A DNA stretch of 60,593 nt, the filler included, from Diploschistes diacapsis (taxonomy: Eukaryota), in NCBI GenBank assembly GCA_023645945.1. It is 7 parts of 7 records of this genome, joined end to end, with 100 filler letters (N's around TTAATTAATTAA, not from the genome) between each part and the next. Parts side by side here need not be neighbours in the genome. Positions count along the whole stretch, not along the records: positions 26,049 to 34,617 come from JALAIB010001129.1; positions 34,718 to 43,284 come from JALAIB010001130.1; 5 more parts are not named here. One strand, written 5' to 3'. Shown piece by piece: positions 26,111-39,200 of the stretch. A program made the translations under genes and the position numbers. The notes under the pieces are model-generated. The model was given only the letters and a program-made list of their open reading frames with translations. It ran no database searches and had not been told where the DNA came from. How positions within the stretch are numbered: position 1 is the stretch's first letter; each line of letters begins with the position of its first letter.

Positions 26111-29100
26111 TTTGGGTTGAGACGGGCTGGTCGAGTTCCAGGTAGCGTGCGGAAGGGTGTTGTTGTGTGCTGAGGAGCGACTTATAGAGAACCCGCGTGT
26201 TTGTCGTGGAATCTCGCGTGCAGAAAATGTTTCCAGAATTAGGATCGAAGATTGGTGGGGGTCCGGCCAGTGGGTTCAGGGAATAGGCGAGGTTCCAAAA
26301 TAGAACGGGGAGGTAAAGAGAATGAAGATATCGGACGCGAATGGCGCAACGTGAGGGTAGTTTGCCTGAAACTGCTTCGAAATCGTACTAGTCGACAATT
26401 AAAAAGGCACCAGTCTATCGCGAGAGATCGAGGCGATTCTTTGGATTAGAACAAGCCGTCGTCGTTAAAACGAACTCGATACTGGGCAACCTTGTGCACT
26501 CGAATTAACTGCTATTGGAACCGGCCAATGACAGATGGGCGACAGAGGGAAGCAACAAGTACAAGAGAATAAAAGGAAGAATTAACAGCGGCTGATCAAA
26601 CTCCTAAGAACTCGAGGGTCGATAGTAAAGAGAAAGGGGAGAGGAAGAGAAGGGGTTGAATTGTGGCAGAAGCGCCTATATACATGGCATAGCAGAAGTC
26701 AGTAATCCTAGGCTGGTGATGAGCCTGTCTGTATTATTGCTAATCCCCGTTCGTTTCGGTGATGAGAGTGCAGGTTGGGTGAGAGTTGAGAGGTGAGAGG
26801 TAGGGATGCGAGGTGTCAGTCAGTCTCAACAGTGAGAGTTGGAACTGTTTGCGCAGCAGCGAGCGGAGTCACAGTAACCGTCGGGTATATTGTTGTTTGC
26901 ATGCGCAACAAGTTCTGTGGTTTGTGCGATGCTGTGAGATAGTGCGTCACACGTTGACAAGTGATTGGGGCTTTTGCAGCATAGCAGCAGTTGTTCTGTC
27001 GAGTCATTGGTCGTTTGAAAGGTTTTTGGTGTTGTGTTGGTTTGTTAGAGAGAGAGTGACAAGTGCGTTGGGCTCTTATACCGTCAGGATGCTTCAAATT
27101 AACCACATAACAGATCCGAGCCCTTCAGTTGCTCCACCTAATACAGAACATCAGACGAGCACTCTGCTGTTCCTTCTGTCAGTGTTGGGCCTCAGAGACC
27201 TGCGTACTGTGACATCTTACTCCACATATTAGGAGAATAACAAGATCAGAAGACTCGAGCTAAGAGGTGGTCTATAGATTGTCTTGCTTTTCCCGAGAAT
27301 GCAGAATGCACCATGACAAGACAATTGCCGTAGCTTACTGTAAAAATGGAAGCTGGGTAAAGGTAAAGAAGGCCAGTAGTATTTTACACGTCTTCGGACT
27401 GGGGATCAAAGAAAACTACTCGCACGGCAAACCCGGAGGAAATGCTGCCCGTAACGAGCCCTCCCCTGTCCACGGAAGGTCGTGTTGGAAGGACGTTGGT
27501 TGCCTTCTTTAGTGGTGTAGTTAGGAGTTGTTGTTGTTGTCCATTCGTGCACGAAAGCGGACGGGATATTTTTTTATCAATCGACCCTTTCTCAGAGAAT
27601 GCTTGCCATATCATCCACTCTTCTGTTTTACTTGGTCACACCTCGTAGGTAGCTGCGAGCTCTAGAATGAGGAGATATATACATTTCAAACATACTGGAC
27701 ATTCATCACGAGTTCCTGGTAGCTATTAGGATGGAATGTGGCTGCCATCATCTGGCCGAGATGTTGCATTCTCTTCGTCCCTTTCGTGAGACCTGCTTCC
27801 TAGATCTGGAAGTCACAGTCGAAGGAGGCATTTCTCTTGTTGTCGCCTCTGCACAGACTAGTACACGGATAGGCCAGCCCTGGATACTCTCTCGTTGCGC
27901 GCCAATACCATCATAGTGTTTGCGGTCATGTACAGTAACAACAGATGCGTGTGTCCACTGGCGCTATTTCCATGGCAGACCTGTTCCACCTTCACAGCAT
28001 CAAGAGACATCCCCAGTCTTGGCCCAGGCGATGATGATGGTGGAAATCCTAATCAGTCTCTCTATCCACCCTGGCTGATTTGCACAGGGATCTCCATTTT
28101 GGCTTTCATTCACGTGGGGTCTCACCAGCAGCCTCGATGCGGAGCGTGTTGTGGCGCAACGAACTAGCAAGAGGGCCTGCATTATCCATGCACAACAATC
28201 AGTACCTAGTAACTTAAAATGGACTGCACAAAGGCTGACTTTGAGACAAATGATGCACGTTCTGCTTTTGCATTTCGGGCAGTACTTTCGTAAGGTCGAG
28301 AATTGTAACGATGGTCAGGAGTTTCAGGACCCATCCTGCCTCGGAGCTCCTATAGGCATCCTGCAGCCACACTTTTCGCTATGTACAAAGTACGGGATGA
28401 GTTCCCACTCCCACGCACTTGTTTTCGGCTCGCGATTTTAGTTCCTCCGGAAAAGGGAGTTTGAGTCGAATGCTTCAATGCCCCAAAACACCACAGCTCA
28501 CCTCCAACTTGGTGACCATGAATGAGATAGTGTGTTTGCGGTAACAGAAAGAAAGACTGAGTGCCCGTCAAGAATGGATGCGCGGTTTCGTTACCGCTCG
28601 CCAACATGTTTCATTTGACAAAGTATAATAAAGTCTCAAAGCGGCGGCTTGGCATCTCGTAGCATTTGTCTTACACTCGGGTTCTCTTCAACCGCCAGCC
28701 TTTTCCTTCTCAGACAGAGATATTACCTGTTTACGGAGCTCCGCAAAATACTCCTTGCCATTTCCCATGGTGCTGGAAGCTGGGCGCACATGTCAGCCTT
28801 GCTGTTTTCTCCTCTACCACCCTACCGCAGGGGAATACGAGATGGTACGGAAGCATCGCGTGTGATCCAAGAGACTGGGCGTACCTTTGTTCGAGGACCA
28901 GTCTCCAGCTTTTGTTGCATTGGACGGCTTATAGAGCATCTCTTCGATCTTATCGCCCACAGTCTCCATGTACACTGGAAAGAAGGGGAAAGATAGGGGT
29001 CAGTAGGGTAAGTCAGCGGCCTTGGAGGTGGGCTGGTGGGGCCACTTACTCCTACTAAGATACTCCTCCGTGTCGCTACGAGGGACAACAACGTTCGAGT

Positions 29101-30728
29101 TTTGATGGCGTCGAGCGTCCTGCTCAGACCAGTTGTTTGCTGACATGACGGTTGAAGCCATGGAGCGTCGGCTCAAATCCGGGGGCAAAACTTCCCTCTT
29201 TTCTGCACAGTGGCGTAGAGCTGGGGCAGACAGTAGAGCTGAGCGTGGGTCCAAAGTCGGTGTCAAAGGTCAGCAAGCGACAACGTTTATCGAGTGGATT
29301 TCCAGCCCCCAAGTCGACCAGCAAAGAGCCTCGTACACGTAAGCGAGAGTGTGGTCAACTACTTATCGATTCGTTTAATTCTCTTGACTGCAACTGTGGG
29401 GTGTGGGGTGTGGTTGTGGGAACCCATGACTAAGCGGGGACTCCCAACCGCACTTTCCCGCACTTTTCCGTCCAGGGGTGAAGTTGGTAAGGCTAATATC
29501 TAATAACGTTATCTAATATAATAATAAAATTATCTTACCCGTCCTCCGTTTACGGTTCACGGTTCACGGTTCACGGTATCTTTTAGTGCTATAATTGCCG
29601 CCACAAAATACCCAAAGCATCAGGACTGACGAGCATTGAGGGGGAAAAAAAGACGAGTACGGTTCTCATGACGCGACTCATCGAGAGGTGGGTCAATAAA
29701 AACCAATTGCAGGCTGTGGGATGGACAGCTGGCTGCCCGTGGCAGAAGGAGGGAAAGGATGCATGCACGTTCGGATTACTACCCACCCAAAGTTAGCTAT
29801 TAGGCGACGAGAAGTTCTAGCCAGCACCAAACATGCCACCTCTCTTGGCGTCGGCACATGACTGAAGTACGGTTCGCTCGTCCCAAGAAAGAAGAGGGAA
29901 AACGGTGCACTGCAGTTACAGACAGACATGATGCTGTTAGCCTTGCAGCTGTCCAATGTGCTAGGTAATATCCTCGCCGCGGAACTTGAATGCTGCCTGG
30001 ACAATTGCATTCTTCTTGCGTGCTGCTTTGATCTGATATCGCCCAAGGGGCTGCCTTGCCTAGCTGTAAGCAGAGACGTCTTGTTCGAGTTTAGCGCCTC
30101 TCTGATTACCCTACTACCTAGTACTAGTTGGTCGATAGGGCCACGCTCTGTAGGAAAACTCCGTCGTGCTTTGTTGTTTTCTTCACCAAAGAGTGGATTT
30201 GTTTCCACCACTCAACCGCTCCATACCTTGCCAGCGCACTTGCTCGTGCTTCTATCAAGAGGTCGCATAAGTCCAAGGGTCTTTCGGTAAAGGTGGCGAA
30301 ATCCCCGCCTGAAGCTAGGTTGCCAGGGGGGATCAGCTAAAATACCAACTCTGGCTGAGAGCTTGAATGCAACCAAATCTCACCACGCTTCAAGTTTAAC
30401 CATCCATTTCCACGACACCCCTGTGCCGAGACTTGCACGTCCAAATACGAGCTCCCTCAACATATGGCTAAGGCCATGCAGAGCGCTGCAAACGGCGAGC
30501 CGTGGCGGCTCTCCTGTGTCTCTTACCTGCGGCATCATCAATGGAGCTTGAGCCCAATCCGGCACGCTCGGCACCTGTGCGCTGAGCTCACGACAAGTCT
30601 GCTATCTATATATCAACCACGTCTCCCCTGTTATACCTTTTCTCGTGACCCGGTGTGAGCTTGACGCAGTCACTGTTCGTCTGTCAAGCTGTTGACCCTC
30701 TCCGTTTCCCCAGTCAACAATCAGCAAG

Positions 30729-33700
30729 ATGGGGCTGAAAGGCTTTCGTCTTGCGTTCCACTCGCTTCTGCTCTCTCCACTCGTATGTCATTTGCTTTGA
30801 CAGTCCCAAGGAATCTTGTAATGCTGATGATGGTAGGCTGTCGTAGCGCAGAGCAATTTAATAACACCTACCGGTTTACCCGGAAAATGGGTTTATACAA
30901 ACTGCTACACGTATGTCTCTAGCACAATATTCCTTGGCTACTCGGTCTGATATTCTATGAAGTGATAGCGTATCCTCCCGGACGCTCCAGGGCGCGGCCT
31001 ATACAGATGGCAGTGGCATGACCGCCGAGTCTTGCGTCAATTATTGCAACAAACTGGGCTACGGGTATGCGGGAACCGAGTATGCATCCGAGTGCTGTAA
31101 GTTGATCTCATCTACCTTGCATCGAAAAAGCTTATCCTGCCGTCTTTCGCCATCGGCATACACGGGAGACCTCCCTTGGGTGAGACTTTTTTCTGACAAC
31201 ATTCTTAGACTGTGGCAATGTCTTTACTCAAGGAACAATAGTCGACTACGGCAATGGCTGCAATATGGCTTGCGCGGGGAACTCGTCGGAAGTTTGTGGT
31301 GGAAGTAACCGTTTGACCGTCTTCTACAATGGTCTTGGAGGCATCTCAACGAACCCTGGCCCATCCGGTTGGGGCTCGCTCGGATGCTACAATGATTCAG
31401 GCGCCGCTCGGACGTTGACTACTGGCATGGAGGTCACTGGCGGTGCATCCGCCATGACCGTCGCGTTGTGCACGTCTGCCTGTAAACAGGCCGGACACTC
31501 TCTGGCCGGTGTCGAGCATGCTGGCGAATGCTATTGCGGTAAGGCATTCTCCAATGGAGGAGGCCCGGCACCGGACGGCACCAGTGGCTGCAATATGCCA
31601 TGCGCCGGCAATGCTTCCGAATTCTGTGGCGGCCCAAACAGACTAGATGTATACCAACTAGGTGCAACGGTTGGCGCTGTCCCAAAACTCTCTCCAACCA
31701 CTGCCGGTTCTGGCGGAAGCTCTCCGGTCAATACCGCGACAACCATTGGCGCGAACCAAAAGCCCAGCCCTGCATCGGACGGGCCCGGGACTATCACGAC
31801 TTCAACTACTGCCGGATTGACTATGGTTGCCGGTTCTGCAGCCACTGCGCTACCTCCGGGCTGGACGTCCAAGGGATGCTGGGTCGACAGCGTAAACGGA
31901 AGAATTCTTCCCACCCAGGCGCCATCCGACAACACCATGACCACGGAAAGCTGTGTTGCATCCTGTATAGCAAACGGGTTCAGCGTCGCAGGAACCGAGT
32001 ACGGCGCCCAATGCTTCTGCGGCAATGAAATCATCGAGGGGGGAACGCTGGATACGGCAAACCCCAACGGCTGCAATATGGCTTGTGCAGGAGACGCCAA
32101 TGAGATTTGCGGCGGACCCAATAGAATGGACATTTACAGCAACATCACCGGCAGTGTCCCCGTTATTCCACCTCCTGTCACTCAAGAGACCGGTCTGCCA
32201 GGGAACTGGCAATACGTTGGTTGTCTTACTGACAATGCTGCTGGTACCCGCACCTTCCCATGGCAGCTCGTTCTGCCCATGAACAACTCCGCTCAAAACT
32301 GTCTCAGCCTTTGCTCGAATTACGGCTACGGAAGAGGAGGAATGGAATACGGGGACGAGTGCTATTGTGGAGATCTGTCCGACGTTCAGACGAACCAGGC
32401 AACTCTTGCACCCGACACTGACTGCAACATGGTGTGCTCCGGAAACGCATCATACTTCTGCGGTGCGGGCAACAGAATCAGCTACTACGAGTGGAACGGG
32501 AGTGGCTTGCCCCAATGGAACTACGCGTCCGGCACGGCTGCCGGTCAGTATCAGTTCTTGATCGGTGGGCCCATCATCCCATTGATCGCCACTGCCGGAA
32601 TCAACGGTAAGGTTGTTTTCGTTGAGAAGTTTGGCACGGAGCCCGCGGCGAATTCGACCGGCACCTACGAGCTTGACCTTAGCCAGATAAACGATTATAG
32701 CGCAGCTTTCCGCCCATTACACGTCAAGACCGATGTCTTCTGCTCTGCAGGTCTGACGCTGCCCGACAAGGTTGGCCGGCAGATCAACGTCGGGGGCTGG
32801 TCCGTGAACTCTCTATACGGAATCAGACTCTACATCCCATCCGGCAAACCAGGCGCCGCGGGCACCACTGATTGGCAAGAAAACTATCAAGAACTCGCCC
32901 TTCAGAACGGTCGCTGGTATCCAAGCGCCATGATCCTGACCAACGGCTCCATTCTCGTCGTGGGAGGCGAAAACGGTTCCAACGGCCCTCCTGTACCCAC
33001 CCTCGAGATCCTGCCCAAGCCCGCTGGCGGCACGACCGTCTACCTCGAATTCCTCAACCGTACCGACCCCTACAACCTCTACCCCTTCCTCCACGTCCTA
33101 CCGAGTAGCGGCAACGTTTTCATTGGCTACTACAACGAAGCCCGCATCCTCAACAGCCAGACCTTTGATACCGTCAAAACCCTCCCCAACATCCCTGGCC
33201 AGGTAAATAACAATGCTTCCGGCCGCACCTACCCATTCGAAGGCAGTTCGGTCCTCATGCCCCAGAAAGCACCCTACACGGATCCCATAACAATCATGAT
33301 CTGCGGCGGTTCCAACCCGGGCCTTGCCATCGGCATAGACAACTGCGTTTCCATCCAGCCCGAGGCCGCAAACCCCACCTGGGCCCTCGAGCGCATGCCT
33401 TCGGGACGTGTGATGTCTTGCATGGTCGCTCTCCCGGACGGGACCTACCTCATCAACAACGGCGCCTTCCTTGGCACTGCTGGCTTTGGCCTCGGCACGG
33501 GCCCTAACCTCAACGCCGTCCTCTACGACCCCAGCAGGCCCTTTAACCAGCGCATGACCGTCATGGCCAACACGACCGTTGCCCGCCTGTACCACTCCGA
33601 ATCCATCCTTCTCGATGACGGTCGCGTGTTGGTGTCCGGCTCGGATCCCGAGGACCCGCGCTACCCCCAGGAATACCGCATCGAAGTCTTTATCCCGCCC

Positions 33701-34108
33701 TACCTCCTTTCCGGCCGGCCGCGCCCGAGCTACACCATCTCAGAGGCGAACCGTGACTGGTCGTACGGGCAGAGCTACACTATCACCAACGTCGCAACGC
33801 CCAACGGCGGACCCGCCTCGGTAACCCTCCTTGGCGCTGTCTCATCGACGCACGGAAATAGCATGGGGCAGAGGACTATCATGCCCGCTGTTTCCTGCTC
33901 CGGCACGACCTGTACGATCACGGCGCCACCCAACGTCAACGTCGCGCCCGCCGGTTGGTTCCAGCTGTGGGTGCTCGACAACGGCATCCCTAGCAACGCC
34001 TCCTGGGTCCGCATCGGCGGCGATCCGGGCAACCTAGGGTCTTGGCCGAGTGGATTCTCTGACTTTACGGCTCCGGGCGAGGGAGCGGTGAGTGGTTACG
34101 TGCAATAG
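30729..34108 (+). CDS. WSC-domain copper radical oxidase / glyoxal oxidase (CAZy AA5_1), 4 WSC domains, 4 exons
   Basis: Signal peptide; four WSC repeats (GC..D...R...MT...C...C...G.EY..ECYCG...CNM.C.G....CGG.NR); catalytic residues in VFCSAG (Cys), NLYPF (Tyr), RLYHS (Tyr-His) and STHG (His); C-terminal Ig-like domain (APAGWFQLWVL..GIPS). Confidence 0.93.
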
Positions 34109-34617
34109 GGAGGGGTTTAATGTTTTAATATAAGGCTTATTTGTGAGAGCGAAGAAGCTTGCGATGACCTGAACTGAAGTGAATACTTAATTTGGCATTT
34201 GAAGGATAGGTACGATAGGCCCCTGTTCTCGGTACAACTGGGACAAACACGAGTCACGACACCGACAGGAGGGAAGGGTCTGTGGTATTTGTTATTTGAG
34301 CGAGCGCTACAATTGAGTTTGGCCAACAATTGATAGCCATAGTAGTTAATCGAAGATGACTATTGACATCTTACAAATCTAGAGTCCGCGATTTGATGCT
34401 CTTTGAGAAAAATGTGTATGGAATCCGTTTGTCATCCACCGCCTCTGGATAATGCATTTTATGTTTACAGATCTTACTATCTATCCGTGACACTTCTCCA
34501 TCTAGACATATCCACCAGGCAAGATTCAAAAAGAAAAACTCACCGCAGGCTCCTGCCATCCCCCCGCCCAACCACACGATATACTGTACCTCGCTCGGGA
34601 GCTTCACCCAAGAGGCC

Positions 34618-34717
34618 NNNNNNNNNNNNNNNNNNNNNNNNNNNNNNNNNNNNNNNNNNNNTTAATTAATTAANNNNNNNNNNNNNNNNNNNNNNNNNNN
34701 NNNNNNNNNNNNNNNNN
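34618..34717. other. Artificial contig linker
   Basis: N44-TTAATTAATTAA-N44. Confidence 0.99.
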
Positions 34718-35228
34718 GGGTTAGCATGCATCGGAGTTATAGATGGTGGAGCAGGAGGAGATCCACGATTGCAAAGCTATTGGCATGCTTGTGGGGCCTC
34801 CTCCCCCTTGGGATCTGTCAATGTGAGCCGCTTGCACCATCAAGTTACAGAATTGAGAGCGGTTAGAGTCAGGCCAAGCGTCTCGATTCGTTTGATCCTG
34901 TGCTACAGTAATGATGCATGTAAAGGTTTTTTTTTCTTCCCCCAGCCACTCTATCGTCTAGCAAAACCACACCAGCCAATGCCACCATGGAAGCCCCCCG
35001 CGTCCTCTTTTTTTTTTTTTTTTTTTTTACTCGGGAGTTTGAATGCCCGCCTTCATCCAAGTCGAATCAGGCTGGTAAAGGGCCTGATCAACTTGGCGAT
35101 CGGGACGTGCATGATCCACTTCCCCCCACCCCCCCGTGCTTTCCCAACATCAACTCACATCCCACGATTCCCCACAAGAGGGCACTTCCATGCGCACCGG
35201 CACTCACCGAAACCATCACCTATCCACC

Positions 35229-36223
35229 TCACATGGCCTCGATCTTCTTCATGCACTCCTCGAATTCGTCCCAGTGGCTCATCACTACCACGGCGCCGTT
35301 GTCCATGAGCATCTTCCCCACGTCCTCTGCCTTCTTGGGATCGTGGTAGGAGCCCGTGTAGGCAATGGTCCAGATGCCCGCCCGCACCGCAGACAGCGTC
35401 CCGCTCTTGCTGTCCTCCACCGCCACGCACTCCTTCTGCTTGACCCCGAGCTTTTCGCACGCGAAGTTGTAGATGGCCGGGTCCGGCTTCGTCGTCGGCT
35501 TGGGCAGGCTCGACGCCGCGCTGAAGATCTTGTCCTCGTCGAAGAACTCGGGCAGCTGGTTCACCTTCTTGACCGACGCCAGCACCCGGCGGTACGCGCT
35601 GGACGAGACCACGGCGTACTTGTACTTGTCCCTGTTGCGCTCCAGCGCCTCGTTGGCCTTGACGCACGGCTGGGCCTTGGCGGTCAGGGTGGCGATGACG
35701 CGGTCCTCTTCCATGTGCACGTACTTCTCGCGCTCGTCGTCGGAGAGGGTGAAGCCGTATTTGGTTTCGAGGCCTCGGACGACGCCGCGGAAGTTTTGGC
35801 CGACGAAGTCGACCATCAGTTGTGGGCCCGTGTACCGGTCCGAGACGCCATGCTTCTCAAGGATCTCGTTGGCAAGGTCGGCACAGGCTTCAAAGGCGAG
35901 CTCCTCGGAGAGGACGAGGGTGTTGTCGCAGTCATAGAGGATGGTTGTAATCTGGAAGAGCAGAGAGAGGTTAGCCGGACTTAGAAGGGCGATTAGGGAG
36001 AACCGGAGGGGGTCTCGGCAAGATAAAGAGAATCCGAGAGCATTGAAACTTTGCCAAGCTAAATAAAGCTGTTCGTACAGGGCCGAGCGTTGGTAAAAGG
36101 TAGAGTAGGCAGTGCGATGAGAAGGCGTGTGACCCCTCCAGTATCGCAGCATCTTGCAGTGCACCAAGGTGGGAGGACAACATGCGGGTGGACCCAAGAG
36201 AACATGAGACGTACCTTGGGCAT
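35229..36223 (-). CDS. HAD-superfamily hydrolase (phosphatase-like), 2 exons, ~243 aa
   Basis: Exon 1 MPK (36215-36223), 263-nt intron 35952-36214, then ITTILYDCDNTLV (motif I), VVSSS (II), KPDPAIY (III) and VEDSKSG (IV). Strong codon bias. Confidence 0.9.
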
Positions 36224-39200
36224 GATGGCGGTATACAGTTTCAATCGATCGAAGGTCCGGTGAGCCAAGTAGTGTCTACTATTTGAAGGTCAGACTTGAA
36301 TGTTTTCTTTCAAAAAAGCGGATGGTGGGGCAGTATTTGTACCTGATACTTGCAAGAGAGTGCGTGTCTGGATCCGATGTGCGTGTTCAAACGATTGGTA
36401 GCGCTAGGATATGGGCAATCAATCCGAATGCACTGGATATTGCTAGATGGTTGGATGATAACAGAGCTACTGCAAGTAGTGATTTTAGTAAAGGTTAGTT
36501 AGGATTCTCGATGGTGAATTGGAATGTGACCGAGAAAAGAAAATGGAATAATGAATTATTTGATGGTGGGCTGGGCTAATTCCGCTCTCAACAGGCTGTT
36601 CCGTATGAGAACATCGAGCCACGAATTCAAAGAAACAGAAGGGGTTGATTCGACTTGGTTCAGACTTTCAGCGGATAGGGAAATCACTGCTCTATGGTTA
36701 AGTATCTGATAATCCGATGTAAACCATTTGATAAGGCAAAGACTTAGTTGTTTGCACAAGGAAAAAGGCTCCCTCCTCTACCTTTCTTTCAAACAGACGA
36801 TATCAGGATAATATTGCTGTTAATCTAGTCAATGCGCTATATTCGCCCACGCGCCTATACTCGTTTTGACTACTTGACGGAAGTATTCATGCATATGGCT
36901 CGGCGAGGGATCGTTGGACAACGCCATCACTACCTCTTCGCCTTTCGCTTCAAGTGTCCTACCCTGCCTGCGTTATGGCCTCGAATGTCTTATCGGGATC
37001 GTGAGACTTTGAATCTTTAGACCTTACAATCCTCGCTGGGCATAGGTTCACGGTACGATGGCTGGATAATCTCTTAGAACTTTGGATGTTCTGGATCAAG
37101 CAGAGAATCATTTGACAGGAGACAGAAGGCCCATATGGTGATACACACACGTTAGACGAACAATTAGTCCCTATGGCTTCTCGAAGTCTCCAAGTTTAAT
37201 TTAATTACTTTTAACCCAAAAACAGGTTTGGCTCAAGCTGACGTACGGGGAAGCTTAGGTTAATAGTAAACACCTTGTCTGTAGTTCTTACTGACATGCT
37301 GCTACGTAAAGGATGCTGCGCCGACCTAGGTAGGGCAGGAACAGCCATAGGAAATAAGGAACACCGACTCATATCTACCGGTCCAAAAGTCATCGCCTGC
37401 ATTTGGAACGTTATCGTGGTTTCTCCCGGCTTGAATCCTGCTCTAGGAGTCGTGGTCTGGATTGGAATATTTAAACCGGGCTCTCCACCGCGTCACAAAC
37501 GACAGAAACCATATCACAAAGACTTATATCTGCTTCCTCGAGCGTCCTGTGTCTACGGGGGACTCGGACAGTCATAATGAGGTAGACTAAGAGTCATTGG
37601 TCTTGCCTATCAACTCATAAGGCTTAACTCTACAGTATGGAACCGGCCAGTCAGGAACAGGATGGATCGAGCCAGAAACAAAGTGGAAAAAGGCACCCGA
37701 TCAGATGCTATCAATCAATGGCACCATTGCTTTTCTTGTAAAGATGACCTGCCCCAGGTTAAATCAATAGTCGAGAGGTATTAGATTCAAAAAAAAAAAA
37801 ATTATTTTTGAACTGAATTACAAAAATCCGATCAATATTCCATCACAGACATTGTCTATCAAGTATAGGAAACGAAGTTCTGAAGTTTGAGAGATGCAAG
37901 CCTCGCCCGACGCCAACCAGAAGACGGACCCGAGTCGATTTCAGCCGGAGAACGCCAGGTTGACTATTCCCTATTCTGGAAGAACTGTGCTCATATCCCC
38001 AAGATCGGCACGGTATCGGGACGATTCTCACGAGAGGGAACCGAAGCCCCAAATTAGGGGAGGGAACAGAGTTTAATCGTATTCCATCAAAGAAACCAAC
38101 CTCTCTCTTCCCCGAACCAGTTTCAACCAGGTACCGCAAATGCCCAAACATGCCAACACGGCCCCATTCCACAAGGCTGGATGGGGAAGCCCATCAACAA
38201 AAATCCTCCTCCCCAGCATTCTTCTTCTCCGGGCCTTCTCTCCCACAGAAAAAAAAGACTCCCGAGTTCGCTCGGTCAATCCGGAAGCTCGGACGAGAAA
38301 AAAAAAATAACCAACGAGAACGTATAGCTTTTTCTGGAGCATCTTCCAGCCGGCCTCGAAAAATGCTAGCCTGGCCTCAAAGATTCCACAGCCCGAGAGC
38401 TGTATCGCGTTCCCCACCCACTTGAAAAGGGGGGCATATACGGGCCCATCCGGCGACGGATTGAGGCAGACGATCAAAGCGAATCAATCGAGTGAGGAAT
38501 GGAGCTTGATAGTTATGTCGGGCTAATGTGTTGGCCCGTTGGGCGGCTAAGAATATACTTCGGAGCCGGAGCATATACAGCGACTCGACTGACTAACGCG
38601 GTCGTCGTCGTTGTAAATAATTTTAAAGCATCTTCCTCTTGCCAGGTGTACCAATCCCACTCCAAACTAACCCGGAGAGTTGTAGAAAGCTTTTGCTAAA
38701 AGCCTGTGTGGCGGCACGTCACCGGCACTCTGACTAGGTTCACCAATGATTTATTAGCCCGGCGGCAAGCTGAGGAACACTGATTATAAGAGTGCGATGG
38801 TAGAATATAATATTGACTGCAAAGATGTCGTAGCTTGCCATCATGGCAGGAAACACCCACAGCATGGGCAGTCGCGTAGATATAGTTACTGCTACCAGAG
38901 AAAAATAGCTTGAAGCCCTACCACCCTATCTACTATCCCCTACGCTTTACACTTTGCGGATTTTTCCAATCGCTATCCACATTAGTTAGCGGGAACTTTC
39001 GAGTAGGAATCGCCAAGTCAGTGAAGGCAATTTGAAAACCGAACCAAAGCACCAATAAAGCACTACCCACGGGAGCGCAGCATCTCCGGGACATAAGTTG
39101 CCGCCGCCAGCCCGCCTCGGAACGCCGTGTAGATGCCGCCGTGTAGTTCCAGGACAGACGCCGTTGTATCTGCCGCGACGTAGAAAACCTTGACCGAACG

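Noticed and set aside
26800..30700. Short ORFs in the contig 4 intergenic region
   Set aside because: No codon bias, splice structure or recognisable protein motifs.
35952..36214. TPP riboswitch in the HAD intron
   Set aside because: The CTGAGA and TGATC..GG.TAAT.CC consensus elements are absent.
38250..38520. RNase MRP RNA (AATGGAGCTT and ATAGTTATG resemble conserved MRP boxes)
   Set aside because: The boxes are in the wrong order and the upstream partner AAAGACTCC lacks the conserved bulged U. Kept only as an unassigned structured candidate.
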